Shown: positions 32,351 through 45,544 of the stretch, piece after piece | Layout: every line of letters starts with the position of its first letter | Numbering within the stretch: the stretch's first letter is position 1 | Source of the DNA: Macrostomum lignano | Taxonomy: Eukaryota | Length of the DNA: 64,000 nt | Direction of reading: 5' to 3' | NCBI GenBank assembly: GCA_002269645.1 | Contig: NIVC01000230.1 | Span: 558,001 to 622,000 of the forward strand | The notes under the pieces: model-generated | Databases searched by the model: none | Told to the model about the DNA's origin: nothing | Seen by the model: only the letters and a program-made list of their open reading frames with translations | Program-made: the position numbers and the translations under genes

Positions 32351-32578
32351 GCTATAAGTTATTTTCGATATATATCGGCAGAAAAAAACGTTTAAAATTT
32401 AAAATCCTAGGCTGTAAAGTTATTTTCGATACATATCGGCAATCGATGGGTGGAACCTTGTAAAATTAGTATGATAATGCTAGATAATTAGTTTCGATAC
32501 ATATCGGCAACTAACAAATAAACCCTCTGCGATATCCATTGCTAGGCTAGACAAAGTTAATTTCGATACATATCGGCA
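32351..32578. repeat. Four interspaced copies of a palindromic core (tttcgatacatatcggca) separated by unrelated spacers
   Basis: Copies end at 32380, 32441, 32509 and 32578; the spacers differ from one another. Confidence 0.8.
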
Positions 32579-32651
32579 ATAGCGCACAACACACCCTGCA
32601 CACAGAGTTAATCAAGTTAAAGCAAATCTTTATACAGATTCCGAAAACATT

Positions 32652-35600
32652 TCACTCCAAAATCCCGTCATCATCGTCTTCGTCCGGGTTGGAATCCGAT
32701 GGCGAGTGGGTGGCCGGTGACGAGGCCAGGTTGGCCGACGCCTGTCCCGAAGACCCGTCGGTAGCGGCGGTCCCGCCGGAGCCGTGGTCGGTTGCGGCGG
32801 CGGACAGCGCCCGGGCGGTTGGCAGCCACACCCGAATTGTGCAATCGTCGCTGGCTGTGACCAACATGCCGTGGTGCTGGGGATTCCACGCTACAGAGTT
32901 CACGATGCCCGAGTGACCCGACAGTCTGTGGGGAGGGGGTCAGGGCGGCGTTTGACACATTGTTCCTTAGTAGGTCACTGTGACTTCCAATTCCTACAGT
33001 AGGTCACTGTGACTTCCAATTCCTACAGTAGGTCACAGTGACACCCGATTCCTATAGTAGGTCACAGTGACACCCGATTCCTATAGTAGGTCACAGTGAC
33101 ACCCGATTCCTATAGTAGGTCACAGTGACACCCGATTCCTATAGTAGGTCACAGTGACACCCGATTCCTACAGTAGGTCACAGTGACACCCAATTCCTAT
33201 AGTAGGTCACAGTCACACCCGATTCCTATAGTAGGTCACAGTGACACCCGATTCCTATAGTAGGTCACAGTGACACCCGATTCCTATAGTAGGTCACAGT
33301 GACACCCGATTCCTACAGTAGGTCACAGTGACACCCGATTCCTATAGTAGGTCACAGTGACACCCGATTCCTACAGTAGGTCACAGTCACACCCGATTCT
33401 TATAGTAGGTCACAGTGACACCCGATTCCTATAGTAGGTCACAGTGACACCTGATTCCTATAGTAGGTCACAGTGACACCCGATTCCTATAGTAGGTCAC
33501 AGTGACACCCGATTCCTATAGTAGGTCACAGTGACACCCGATTCCTATAGTAGGTCACAGTGACACCCGATTCCTATAGTAGGTCACAGTGACACCCGAT
33601 TCCTATAGTAGGTCACAGTGACACCCGATTCCTATAGTAGGTCACAGTGACACCCGATTCCTATAGTAGGTCACAGTGACACCCGATTCCTATAGTAGGT
33701 CACAGTGACACCCGATTCCTATAGTAGGTCACAGTGACACCCGATTCCTATAGTAGGTCACAGTGACACCCGATTCCTATAGTAGGTCACAGTCACACCC
33801 GATTCCTATAGTAGGTCTCCTATAGTAGGTCACAGTGACACCCGATTCCTATAGTAGGTAGGTCACAGTGACACCCGATTCCTATAGTAGGTAGGTCACA
33901 GTGACACCCGATTCCTACAGTAGGTCACTGTGACCCCCAACTCCTACAGTAGGTCACAGTGACACCCAATTCATACAGTAGGTCACTGTGACACCCAATT
34001 CATACAGTAGGTCACAGTGACATCCAATTCATACAGTAGGTATCCCAGCACACACAGACACCCAGTTACCCCAGCACATTCTGGTCACAAAGACACCCAG
34101 TTACCCCAGCACATTCTGGTCACAAAGACATCCAGTTACCCCAGCACATTCTGGTCACAAAAACATCCAGTTACCCCAGCACACACAAAGACTAGTTCAG
34201 ACACCCCTCCCTCACCTATCAGGCTGGGAGTCGGCCCCTCCAATACGCCAAACATGGGCGCAATTGTCCTGCGATCCGGAGGCCAAAAAGTTGCCAGTCA
34301 GCCCGCCGAAGCAGGCGTGCAGACAGTAGCCGCCTTGACTGATTCCAGGGCCTGCCAGCCGCTGCAGACAGACCCGATGCTGAAGATCCCACAGCCGCAG
34401 GCCAGAGTTGACAACATTCAATGCGGCGACCTGCTGGTCTCTGGACAGGCACATGGCTATAATACTGCCGTCCTCCTGCAGCAGGGTCTCGTCTTGCATT
34501 GTGTCGAACCTGTACTGCCGAACTCGACCGAAAGAATCTGCAGCCAAGGCGGCCGTGTTGCCGTCGCGGTCCGTTCTGGTTGCCAGGGCAACTACGCGAA
34601 TGAAATCCCAGGATTTGCGGTAGCCGGCCTCCAGGCTGAACAGGTAGAACTGGCCTGCAGGTGGGGGGCGATGGTGCGTTTAGGGGCGATTGTCATGTGT
34701 TTATTGGAGATTCTCAGGAGTGTTTAAGGGAGATTCTCAGGAGTGTTTAAGGGAGATTCTCAGGAGTGTTTAAGGGAGATTCTCAGGAGTGTTTAAGGGA
34801 GATTCTCAGGAGTGTTTAAGGGAGATTTTCAAGGGTGTTTAATGGAGATTCTCAAGGCTGTTCAGGGGAGATTCTCAAGGCTGTTCAGGGGAGATTCTCA
34901 AGGGTGTTTAAGGAAGATTCTTAGGGTGTTTGAGGGAGATTCTCAGGAGTGTTTAAGAGAGATTTTCAAGGGTGTTTATTGGAGATTCTCAAGGCTGTTC
35001 AGGGGAGATTCTCAAGGCTGTTCAGGGGAGATTCTCAAGGCTGTTCAGGGGAGATTCTCAAGGCTGTTCAGGGGAGATTCTCAAGGGTGTTTAAGGAAGA
35101 TTCTTAGGGTGTTTGAGGGAGATTCTCAGGAGTGTTTAAGGGAGATGGAGATTCTCAAGGGTGCTTAAGGAAGATTCTCAAAGTTGTTTAACGGAGATTC
35201 TCAAGGAGTGTTTAAGAGAGATTCTCAAGGCTGTTCAGGGGAGATTCTCAAAGCTGTTCAGGGGAGATTCTCAAGGGTGTTTAGCGGAGATTCTCAAAGG
35301 TGATTAAGGGAGATTCTTAAGGTCTGTTCAGGGGAGATTCTCAACAGCTTACCTCGAATGCCCCCGGCAACAAAGTGCACAGAGTCGGGAAACCAAGCCG
35401 CAGTGGTCAGCGACTCTTCCGGCGTGCCACCCCGGCTGAATCGCTGCGGCTCCGAGCTGCCGCCGCTCAGCACAGAAGCGCTGTTAACAACCACGCTAGC
35501 GCCGTTAAGATGAGACTCCGCCAACAGGGAATGATGATGAGCAGCAGCTGACGCAGGCGGCAGCAGCGGCGGCGGAGAGACGCACCAGACAAGCACGTCG

Positions 35601-38600
35601 GAGCTGTCCTCAGCAGCGCAGCACAGCAACAGTCGGCTGTCTGGAGACCAAGCTAGACAGGCCACTCCGCCTCGCTCCTCGCCGATGTGGTACCGCCTAG
35701 CAACGCTCAGTCGGAGCGTCAGGTCGTCAACGCGCCAGATGAACACGGCGCCGTCTTTGCAGCCGGTGGCCAGGTGGCGGCCGTCTGGGGAGAATTGACA
35801 GCAGCGCACCTCGTCCTGGTGCTGGTCGGCCACCTGACGAGGGTCGGGCATGGTGGGCAGGGTTATAGATCAGTTTATGGAGATTTAATCACAGGTAATC
35901 TGAGGTGTCTGAGGACAGGTAGCTCCCAGCTTCTGGGGTGTCTGAGGACAGGTAGCCCCCAGTCTCTGAGATATCTGAGGACAGGTAGCCTTTAGTCTCT
36001 GAGGTGTCTGAGGATAGGTAGCCCCCAGTCTCTGAGGTGTCTGAGGATAGGTAGCCCCCAGTCTCTGAGGTGTCTGAGGACAGGTAGCCCCCAGTCTCTG
36101 AGGTGTCTGAGGACAGGTAGCCCCCAGTCTCTGAGGTGTCTGAGGACAGGTAGCCCCCAGTCTCTGAGGTGTCTGAGGACAGGTAGCCCCCAGTCTCTGT
36201 GGACAGGTAGCCCCAGTCTCTGTGGACAGGTAGCCCCAGTCTCTGTGGACAGGTAACCCCCAGTCTCTGTGGACAGGTAGCCCTAGTTTCTGTGGACAGG
36301 TAGCCCCAGTCTCTGTGGACAGGTAGCCCCAGTCTCTGTGGACAGGTAACCCCCAGTCTCTGTGGACAGGTAGCCCTAGTTTCTGTGGACAGGTAGCCCC
36401 AGTCTCTGTGGACAGGTAGCCCCAGTCTCTGTGGACAGGTAGCCCAATCTCAGAAGCCAGTCTGCAATGATATCCGCTCTCTCACCTGGCCACATCTGGC
36501 TGGGAACTCGGCGCTGTCCCTGCTGCAGGCGTGATCAGCCAGCAGAGACACCTCGGCAACAGGCAGGTCGGTGTTGTGATAGCGACACTTGGCCAGCTGG
36601 TACTGCACAGCTTCATCTAACAGTGACAGAAGTCGCCTGGGAGGCAGCATCACAGCCGGGGGGAAGAACTGCTGCAGTTGGTCTAGTAGGGCCTCGCGAG
36701 TGCCTTTATAGTTGGTTGGCACAGGGCTGAGTTAAATACTATTCACTTTAAATAGTAGCAGGTAATAACTGCTTGACAAAAATGACTTGTTAGTGGAGAA
36801 TGGCTTCAACAGGTAAACACATTTAAAAAAGGAATAGAAGGCGATTAACTGAAGGGGTAGACAGCGGACCTCCGAAAATGAGTGGCGGATACCGGCCCTC
36901 TAAAAGAGACGGGGTGGATACCGGCCCACTAAAAGAGACGGGGTGGATACCGGCCCACTAAAAGAGACGGGGCGGATACCGGCCCTCTAAAAGAGACGGG
37001 GTGGATACCGGCCCTCTAAAAGAGACGGGGCGGATACCGGCCCTCTAAAAGAGACGGGGCGGATACCGGCCCTCTAAAAGAGACGGGGCGGATACCGGCC
37101 CTCTAAAAGAGAGAAGGCGGATCGTGGCCCTCTAAAGAGTAGGGGCAAATAGCGCCCCTCTAAAAATTGGGGTGGATAGTGGCCCTCTAAAAAGGGGGCG
37201 GATAGACAAAGCGGTTTTCTAAAAGACCGGATAGATCAGCAGACCACTGAATGTGCGGATTGATCTACTAACAGTAGTTAAATTGCGATAAAATATTCAA
37301 TTATCATTAAGCCAGTGTCAACAGGAACTCACCGGCAAGGGAGCCGGGCCAGCCGCTAATCCTGTGCAACTCTTCGGCATCGCTGCACATGATGTAAGTG
37401 CTGAGCTCGTGCACTCGGCCGGTGTTGAACTTCAGCGGAGTCAGCCGGTTGCGCAGTACATTCAAAGCGCCCATGTAGTCGCCGGCTTCAAGCAGCTCCA
37501 TGTAGCGCTGCTCGCATAGGCGGAATGCGATCTCCGTTGCCGAGGATGCTTCGGTTACCAGCGACTGAAGGGATTGGCGATTGTCAAATGGTTCTTGGTG
37601 TTGCAATGGGGATTTCTTTGGTTTTCAGAATGAGGATTGCTTTTTTGCAATGGAGATTTCTTAGTTTTGAAATGGGGATTTCTTAGTTTCGGAATGAGGA
37701 TTTCTTGGTTTCTGGAATGGGGATTTCTTGGTTTCTGGAATGGGGATTTCTTGGTTTTGGAATGGGGATTTCTTGGTTTCGGAATGGGGATTTCTTGGTT
37801 TCTGGAATGGGGATTTCTTGGTTTCCGGAATGGGGATTTCTTGGTTTCTGAAATAAGGATTTCTTGGTTTCTGAAATAAGGATTTTTTGGTTTCGGAATG
37901 GGGATTTCCTGGTTTCTGGAATGGGGATTTCTTGGTTTCCGGGATGGGGATTTCTTGGTTTCCGGGATGGGGATTTCTTGGTTTCTGAAATAAGGATTTC
38001 TTGGTTTCTGAAATAAGGATTTTTTGGTTTCGGAATGGGGATTTCTTGGTTTCGGAAAGGGGATTTTTTGGTTTCCGGAATAGGGATTTTTTTTGGTTTC
38101 GGAATGGGGATTTATTGGTTTCGGAATGGGGATTTCTTGGTTTCGGAATGAGGATTTCTTGGTTTCCGGAATGAGGATTTCTTGGTTTCGGAATGGGGAT
38201 TTCTTAGTTTCCGGGATGGGGATTTCTTGGTTTCCGGGATGGGGATTTCTTGGTTTCTGAAATAAGGATTTCTTGGTTTCTGAAATAAGGATTTTTTGGT
38301 TTCGGAATGGGGATTTCTTGGTTTCGGAAAGGGGATTTCTTGGTTTCCGGAATAGGGATTTTTTGGTTTCGGAATGGGGATTTATTGGTTTCGGAATGGG
38401 GATTTCTTGGTTTCGGAATGAGGATTTCTTGGTTTCCGGAATGAGGATTTCTTGGTTTCGGAATGGGGATTTCTTAGTTTCGGAATGGGGATTTTTTGGT
38501 TTCCAGAATGGGGATTTACAGTTTTGAGAATGAGATTTCTGGCTTTAAATATAGGAATATCCAGCAGTTTCTACTCAAACAAAAAGCAGTCTCAATATGA

Positions 38601-38912
38601 TGAGGCTTTCACCTGCAGCGACTGCATGCACTCCTCAGCCGCATCCCAGTCGCCATTGGCAACGTGCCTGCGAAAGCTAGCAGCGGCGCTGTTCTCCAGA
38701 GCGCAGCCGCTCTCCTGCACGAGGGCATCGACGCTGTGCGAGAGGCCCAGCTCGCGAAGGAACTGCCCGATGAGGCGCACAGTCTCCAGGCTGCGCTCAT
38801 TCAGCGGTGGCGACACGGCAGAAGCCGCGGCGGCAGCGGCAGCTTCGGCAGTTGATGCTGCATGGTTACCGCTGTTGCCATTGGTAACGCCATTTAAGCA
38901 TCCATTCTCCAT
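32652..38912 (-). CDS. WDR26: WD repeat-containing protein 26 (GID7, CTLH E3 ligase subunit); exons 38912-38613, 37564-37333, 36703-36486, 35833-35353, 34654-34216, 32925-32652 (647 aa)
   Basis: LisH (ETVRLIGQFLRELGL), CTLH (EQRYMELLE...LRNRLTPL) and MLPPRRLLSLLDEA, then WD40 repeats (HQDEVRCCQFSPDG, FLASGSQD, GHSGIVNSVAWNP, TASDDCTIRVW). All five introns are GT-AG and phase-consistent. Confidence 0.95.
32965..34200. repeat. 29-bp intronic minisatellite (gtaggtcacagtgacacccgattcctata) plus short about 35-bp repeat
   Basis: Direct reading; lies in WDR26 intron 5. Confidence 0.95.
34705..35348. repeat. About 23-bp intronic minisatellite (ggagattctcaggagtgtttaag / ggagattctcaaggctgttcagg)
   Basis: Direct reading; lies in WDR26 intron 4. 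Confidence 0.93.
35900..36445. repeat. 33-bp then 23-bp related intronic minisatellites (ggacaggtagcccccagtctctg...)
   Basis: Direct reading; lies in WDR26 intron 3. Confidence 0.93.
36880..37200. repeat. 29-bp intronic minisatellite (gataccggccctctaaaagagacggggcg)
   Basis: Direct reading; lies in WDR26 intron 2. Confidence 0.92.
37605..38535. repeat. 22/23-bp intronic minisatellite (ggaatggggatttcttggtttc)
   Basis: Direct reading; lies in WDR26 intron 1. Confidence 0.95.
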
Positions 38913-41708
38913 GATGTGCGATTAGTTCACGTGACTTCTACACAGGATTTGAGATTCTGTATCCCTACAGCAGTAGCGAACTTATAACACTGATTTGATG
39001 GCAACTTTCTTCTCTTGCAAAAGAGAAAGTTTAAGAGAAACTGTTGGCAAAGCCTGCTATTGCAATCAATTAAAGTCAGAAAAGGTGCAAAGCATGAAAA
39101 ATCAATATTTAAGCATTGTTTGACATTCCATTAAAATTATTGATTGAAAATTTTTGTACTAGGATTTATGATAGGCATATAAACTTTTCTACAATAAGAG
39201 AAGAAATTACTATTAATTTAATATTCAAAATGCAGGGTTTCTTTTGTGACAAAAGGCAAAGACCCGAGTAAACCTGAAAAAGTAGAGGAAGGACAGGATA
39301 GCAATACAAATTTCTTTGTTATTAGACAGCGTATCAAGACATGTTTATAAGCAGCTACACTACAAAATAGAATAAAAAATACCTACTTTGATTGTGGCAA
39401 TCCTGATATCTTCCATAAAAAGGAAAAGGCCAATATATATCAATAAGGTAAATATATGTAATAGTACATACCTTTCTAGAATATAATATATAGAATACTC
39501 TAAACATATGTAGGCCACAAAATGAATCTTCCTTTTGCTAATTAATAATTAACAAAGTAGTCCTATATACTCCTTGAAATATTCTTGTGTAGCCTACAAA
39601 ATACTTGCATTCATATGTTGTTTCTTTTAATCATTTATACAATATCCATATTCTTTTGCTAAGTCTATTTTGTGTGAGTGTCAATAAGGCAATTACTATG
39701 GAACCAAAGGCCATTCTAAGGTTTTTTTACTTAGAAATCTAAGGTTAGTATCCTCTTAATTGCTATGACTAGTACTTGGTGTTTGTCTAAAAAAATATAA
39801 GTGCAGTTATAAGTGCACCTATGTATACATTATCATTTGCTTTACACTTTTAAAGTTGCACTTTTCATATTTGTAGTACCTACTTATCTTGCTTTTTTAG
39901 TTCAAAACATACATGCGCAACAGTCGGCCAAGTTGGCCAATCTGGCCAACTGATTTGGTGGCCAACCAATGTACTCGTAAGTCACAAAAATTCCCAACTG
40001 AATAAATACCCCCAGAGTAGTACTAAGTAGATGACGAGGCATTTTGCCTCAATGAGACACTTAAGTTACTCCTGCCATTTACCCAAAGTTGCATTAATTT
40101 TGCTTTAGTTTTCTTTTACATGTAAGTTGCATTTTTGGCCAAAAACTATGTTGCATTTTTGTTAAAACTAAGTCACACAGCCAACCGAATTTTGGAGGTT
40201 GCACATGTATGGTTCAAAATATCATTTTTTTCTATTTTGCAAATTTTTTAACACTCTATTAGTTCTTAGTATAAGATGGCTCAGGAACTTTAGTATATGC
40301 AATCTGGTAGCATTTTTTGAAACTTGACAAACTGGAAAGTCTAAACATTAGCGCTTTACTTTGTAATAGCAAATGCAAAATATGGAGAAAGACATGTAAA
40401 ATATGCAACAATAGCAATAACAGATAGATAAAAGCTTGAAGTTCATGCAATAATAGATGCATATGATAGTGCAAGACCTCCTAAGGAAGATTCACTATCT
40501 AGTGAAGCAATAACCACTAAAGGGAATGCTTAAAGATCTAATTCTTCAATTATAAAAAAGAAACCATTTAGCATTCTTAAACCATAAGAAAATATACCTT
40601 AATATCTTATTACTATTGCTATTCCTATAAAAGATAATTCTATTGAAGTGATTTGCTTTGCTATAGAAATAAGTACAATAAAGATTATAAATAAATACTC
40701 AACATTCAATTGATAGCAACATATACCATTAAACAGTACATATATACATATATATATATTGTCTATATCTATACTTAGCCTCATAGTATATATATAGGCC
40801 CCACATTTTAAGATGTAGATAGGAGGCCCTTGTTATAGTAATAAAATATAAAAGCTTCCATTGAAGCCTTGCACTTTTCAACCAAATAGTGTATTATAAA
40901 ATATTTGCCAATTTACCTTTACTATTTAACAAATATACTATATAAGCTAGGCTAGTTGATAACAAAAATCTGATAAGTTTATTATTAGCATCTATAAGTA
41001 TATTGTACTTATAGCAATAAAAAATAAAAAACATATTTCAATACATTGATATAATAGGGGCCTAATACTAACTTTTAAGGATCATTGTTATCAATCTTAA
41101 GGCTTATGTTAGGCCTATATGAGTTATAACTTGAATATAATATAACATAACAATGAAATATCTTTAAAGTCATTATAAAACTTATTATTTTGATTTTTAC
41201 ATACGCTTATAAGTTATTATGATCATTAAAATAATAGCTCTGCTATTTGTTTAGTTCATTAAGTCAATTAAAAAAGATATTAATTTTATAATATATATTA
41301 TACTTTATATAAATTATAGGGCCTAATATTTGTTTTACATGTTAATTATAATATAACAATAAATTAACTATTTAATTGGTCAAAATATATAAGCCTAGAC
41401 TAATAATAGGCCTAACAACTGTCATTTTTAAATATTAACCCTATAGTATAGCCTTATAGCTAGGGCTTTATATTACGCTAGGCCTAAGGTCCTAAAAAGC
41501 TTTTATTCTTGATCTTAAGTCTTGCAACTTATATTTTACATAAATAGGCCTTAAGGATTTCTTCAATATAATAAATATAGGGCCTATAGGGCCTATAATG
41601 CTAGTCTACTGCATTATAAATTTTTGAGATTATACTTAGAACTATAAGTTGTGCAATGTGCAATCTGCTAGGCCTGGGCTATTGTATATTTATTACAAAA
41701 TAGATTGG

Positions 41709-41907
41709 CAATGGTAGATCCAGAGGGGGGGGGGGCAAGGGAGGCAGCCACCTCCCCCCTCTTTTGCCATGGCTAAACTTGCAACTTGCATATAATTGTA
41801 TAAAGGGGGAGTATTGCAATTTTTGGAATATTTAGAGCTTATTCTGGGTCAATCTGCCTATGACTGCCCCCCCCCCCCCTACTTTAAAAATCCTGAATCT
41901 GCCACTG
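41709..41907. mobile_element. hAT-like MITE with poly-G/poly-C subterminal tracts
   Basis: TIR caatggtagatccag versus reverse complement cagtggcagattcag. The flanks tagattgg and tatatttg resemble a decayed 8-bp TSD. Confidence 0.6.
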
Positions 41908-43505
41908 TATATTTGTATGTGTTGCCTGTGAGGCCTAATAAGCAGTTCAAAATGACAAAAGGCAATACTCCTAATTTAGACCTAATAATAGTAATAGCTA
42001 AACTAAAATGTCATCAAAATTAAACTAATGAAACTTAGAATGGCATTTGCAGCGAATAATGTGACTTGCACTTACATTACAGTTGCGTGCCTCCTACTTA
42101 AACTACTTTTTGTTTGGGGTAAGTCTATGTCTACACTTAGGCTTAGCCTCTTAGGTAGCTTAGCATCACTAGCTAGAGCCTGCACCTTTATTAAAGCTTG
42201 TTGAAAAGCAGAGAGACTAGAGTGCTTAGAGAATTTACTTGTTGACACAACAATGCGTACATATTACATAAAGCGCCAGTCGAGGTGTCTGCCTGTCCCT
42301 GCCTGCCTGCCTGCCTGCCTGCCTGCGGCTGCATGTTGCATGTTGTTGCATGTCTGCCGACAATAAAATTTTTGTTGTTTAAAAATTGTCTGTAAAACCA
42401 GATGATTAGACGTATTTAAACAACTATCGACATACTCTAAAATAGCTAAGCTATCCAGTATTTGCAAGTATGTATGGATGTAAAGCTCCTATACGTTTTT
42501 AAGACTTCACTAGGGGTTAATCCTAAGTGATACCGATACGCGATACCAATGGGTTGATTTTTTTAAATTAGAAAATTCTAAGAAAAAATTCTAGAAAGCT
42601 CTAGAAAACTCTCGCACAGTATTTATATATGTCTTTACTCTTTACTCTTAACCCAGGGCAATGCATCGGGGTAGTTTTGCTACATCAGTTTGACTATAGG
42701 CGGCTAGGCCTAGACTAGACTTAGCTATCATTATACATTGTGTTGGTATTGGTATTAGCACACAATTTGTGAAATGTGAGCCTTCGTCAGATTGCTAATT
42801 TCAAAAAATATATATTTGTGTATTTGCATTCTTTTTTACTTTAATAATGCGGCTACTTTTTATCTGGTTACAATATAGGTCTATGTCTAGCCTATATTTA
42901 GTGCAGGCACTTTTTACCAGATGATAGAAGCATTTTAATTGATGCGTTTTATATTCAAAACCAGCAAATATTAAATAGAATATTGATTTGTATACAAAAG
43001 CTCTCTCTAAAATTTTTGTGAATATTTATTCTCTTATTTCATTATTTATTGTTATCAGGAAAAATGTATACCTATCTGAGTTTTTATTGCAAAGGTACAT
43101 TAGCATTCTTGACATTGGTATTTAATATATATGCAATTTCTAACTATGTATATTGAATTTTGAAATGATATTGAAAAACATGTATTTCTTTTTTATCAAT
43201 TTTTATGTCAAATAACTTTAAATAACCTTTAAATAAAATAAATAGATATTTTTAGTCAAAATATTTAAAAAAGTTTAGTAATCTATTTTAAATTTCTTAT
43301 TCAATTGAATTCAAAAATAGTATATTTATATATGCATTCTAGACCTTATTTTTGTGCTTAAAGTCTAATAATATATTGAATAAATAAACCTGATCATAAT
43401 AAGCATTAACACTTTGAGCATGCTTAACATGAGCTAGTCTGATCATAACCATGACTCATGAGCATCATCACCAAGAACAAACCTGATCACACCAAAAACT
43501 GATGC

Positions 43506-45428
43506 ATGGCCTCGCCATACTCAGTCGAGGTGCTCAGAGCTGGCTACAGCTCAGACGAGCGCAGCGCCTGCACCATCACCCTGGTTAGCGGAGCCAACCA
43601 GCACATCCTCATCGACACTGGCGGTCCCTGGGAGGCCGACCTGCTAACCAACTTGCTGACTGCTCGCGGCCTCTCAGCCTCCAGCATCAGCATGGTGATC
43701 TGCACGCACGGTCACGTGGATCACATCGGCAATCTGGCCATGTTCTCAACCGGCTGTCCTAACAAACTCATGATTGTCGGCTGCGATATTGCTCAATCTC
43801 CTGATCGATTTCTGGCCCACGATTTTCGGTCCGGCATCGCCTACGAGTTGGACGAGTTTGTCCGGATTGTACACACGCCGGGACACTCGTCCGACGATGT
43901 CACCGTGCTGGTTAGGACCAGTTCGGGGCCGCTGTTTGAGGCCATGAAGGCTGAGGGAGAGTCCGAGATAACGGTAGGAAATTATAGGTGTTTATTTTTT
44001 CAATCTGTTTTGATCGCCTAGTCATGTAGTTCATATCAACACAGGCTTTTCTTTACATATTTCTGCTATCTGTCATGGCTACTTCTAATAAGTTGCCTTG
44101 TTTTCTGAACAATTCCGTTCTGACTCCTTATAGCCACCTGAGTGATTCCCCTCTATAGCCACCTGAGCGATTCCCCTCTGACTCCTTATAGCCACCTGAG
44201 CGATTCCCCTCTGATTCCTTATAGCCACCTGTGCGATTCCCCTCTGACTCCTTATAGCCACCTCTGAAATTTCCCTCTGACTTCTTATAGCCACCTGAGC
44301 AATTCTCCTCTGACTCCTTATAGCCACCTCTGAAATTTCCCTCTGACTTCTTATAGCCACCTGAGCAATTCCCCTCTGACTCATTATAGCCACCTGAGCA
44401 ATTCCCCTCTGACTCCTTATAGCCACCTGAGCGATTCCCCTCTGATTCCTTATAGCCACCTGTGCGATTCCCCTCTGACTCCTTATAGCCACCTCTGAAA
44501 TTTCCCTCTGACTTCTTATAGCCACCTGAGCAATTCTCCTCTGACTCCTTATAGCCACCTCTGAAATTTCCCTCTGACTTCTTATAGCCACCTGAGCAAT
44601 TCCCCTCTGACTCATTATAGCCACCTGAGCGATTCCCCTCTGACTCATTATAGCCACCTGAGCGATTCCCCTCTGACTCCTTATAGCCACCTGAGCGATT
44701 CCCCTCTGACTCCTTATAGCCACCTGAGCGATTCCCCTCTGACTCCTTATAACCACCTGAGCAATTCCCCTCTGACTCCTTATAGCCACTGTCCAATTCC
44801 CCTCTGACTCATTATAGCCACCTGAGCGATTCCCCTCTGACTCATTATATCCACTGTGCAATTCCCCTCTGATTCCTTACAGCCACCTGAGTAATTCCCC
44901 TCTGACTCCTCATAGCCACCTGAGCGATTCCCCTCTGACTCCTTATAGCCACCTGAGCAATTCCCCTCTGACTCCTTACAGCCACCTGAGCAATTCCCCT
45001 CTGACTCCTTATAGCCACCTGAGCGATTCCCCTCTGACTCCTTATAGCCACCTGAGCGATTCCCCTCTGACTCCTTATAGCCACCTGAGCGATTCCCCTC
45101 TGACTCCTTATAGCCACCTGAGCGATTCCCCTCTGACTCCTTATAGCCACCTCTGAAATTTCCCTCTGACTCCTTATAGCCACCTGAGCAATTCCCCTTC
45201 GCAACACCATTCCCGCAGGTGGCCGTGGCGGGCGACCTGTTCGAATCCGAGGCCGACTTCAATGCCGACGGCGACGCCCAGTGGATGAGCCGGTCAGCCA
45301 ACTCGGAGGTGCAGACCGACCAGCGCAAGCGAATTCTGCACAAGTCGCAGGCGGTGGTGCCCGGCCATGGGCCCGCGTTCCGCGTCAAGCCGGAATTCCA
45401 ACGCTCGGTTAGTGTGGAGGAAATGTGA
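43506..45428 (+). CDS. MBLAC1: Metallo-beta-lactamase domain-containing protein 1-like; exons 43506-43973 and 45219-45428 (225 aa)
   Basis: ILIDTG, THGHVDHIGN (HxHxDH), HTPGH, VAGDLFE and VVPGHGPAF motifs; GT-AG phase-0 intron. Confidence 0.9.
44105..45200. repeat. 33-bp intronic minisatellite (tagccacctgagcgattcccctctgactcctta)
   Basis: Direct reading; it explains ORFs 44085-45454. Confidence 0.96.
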
Positions 45429-45544
45429 CAACCGCTTGCTGGCTTGCTAGGCACTTGAGTCGGCTGAGTCTCCGCGTTTTGTAACTTGGCAGTTTATCAC
45501 TGTTCGTGTTCCTACACTCAGCACCTCTGACTCTGCCTTTCTCT

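Noticed and set aside
32351-32578. True CRISPR array
   Set aside because: Eukaryotic spliced-gene context, only four degenerate copies and no cas genes; kept only as an interspaced motif array.
34017-34727. 236-aa plus-strand ORF
   Set aside because: Antisense shadow of WDR26 exon 5 plus flanking repeat.
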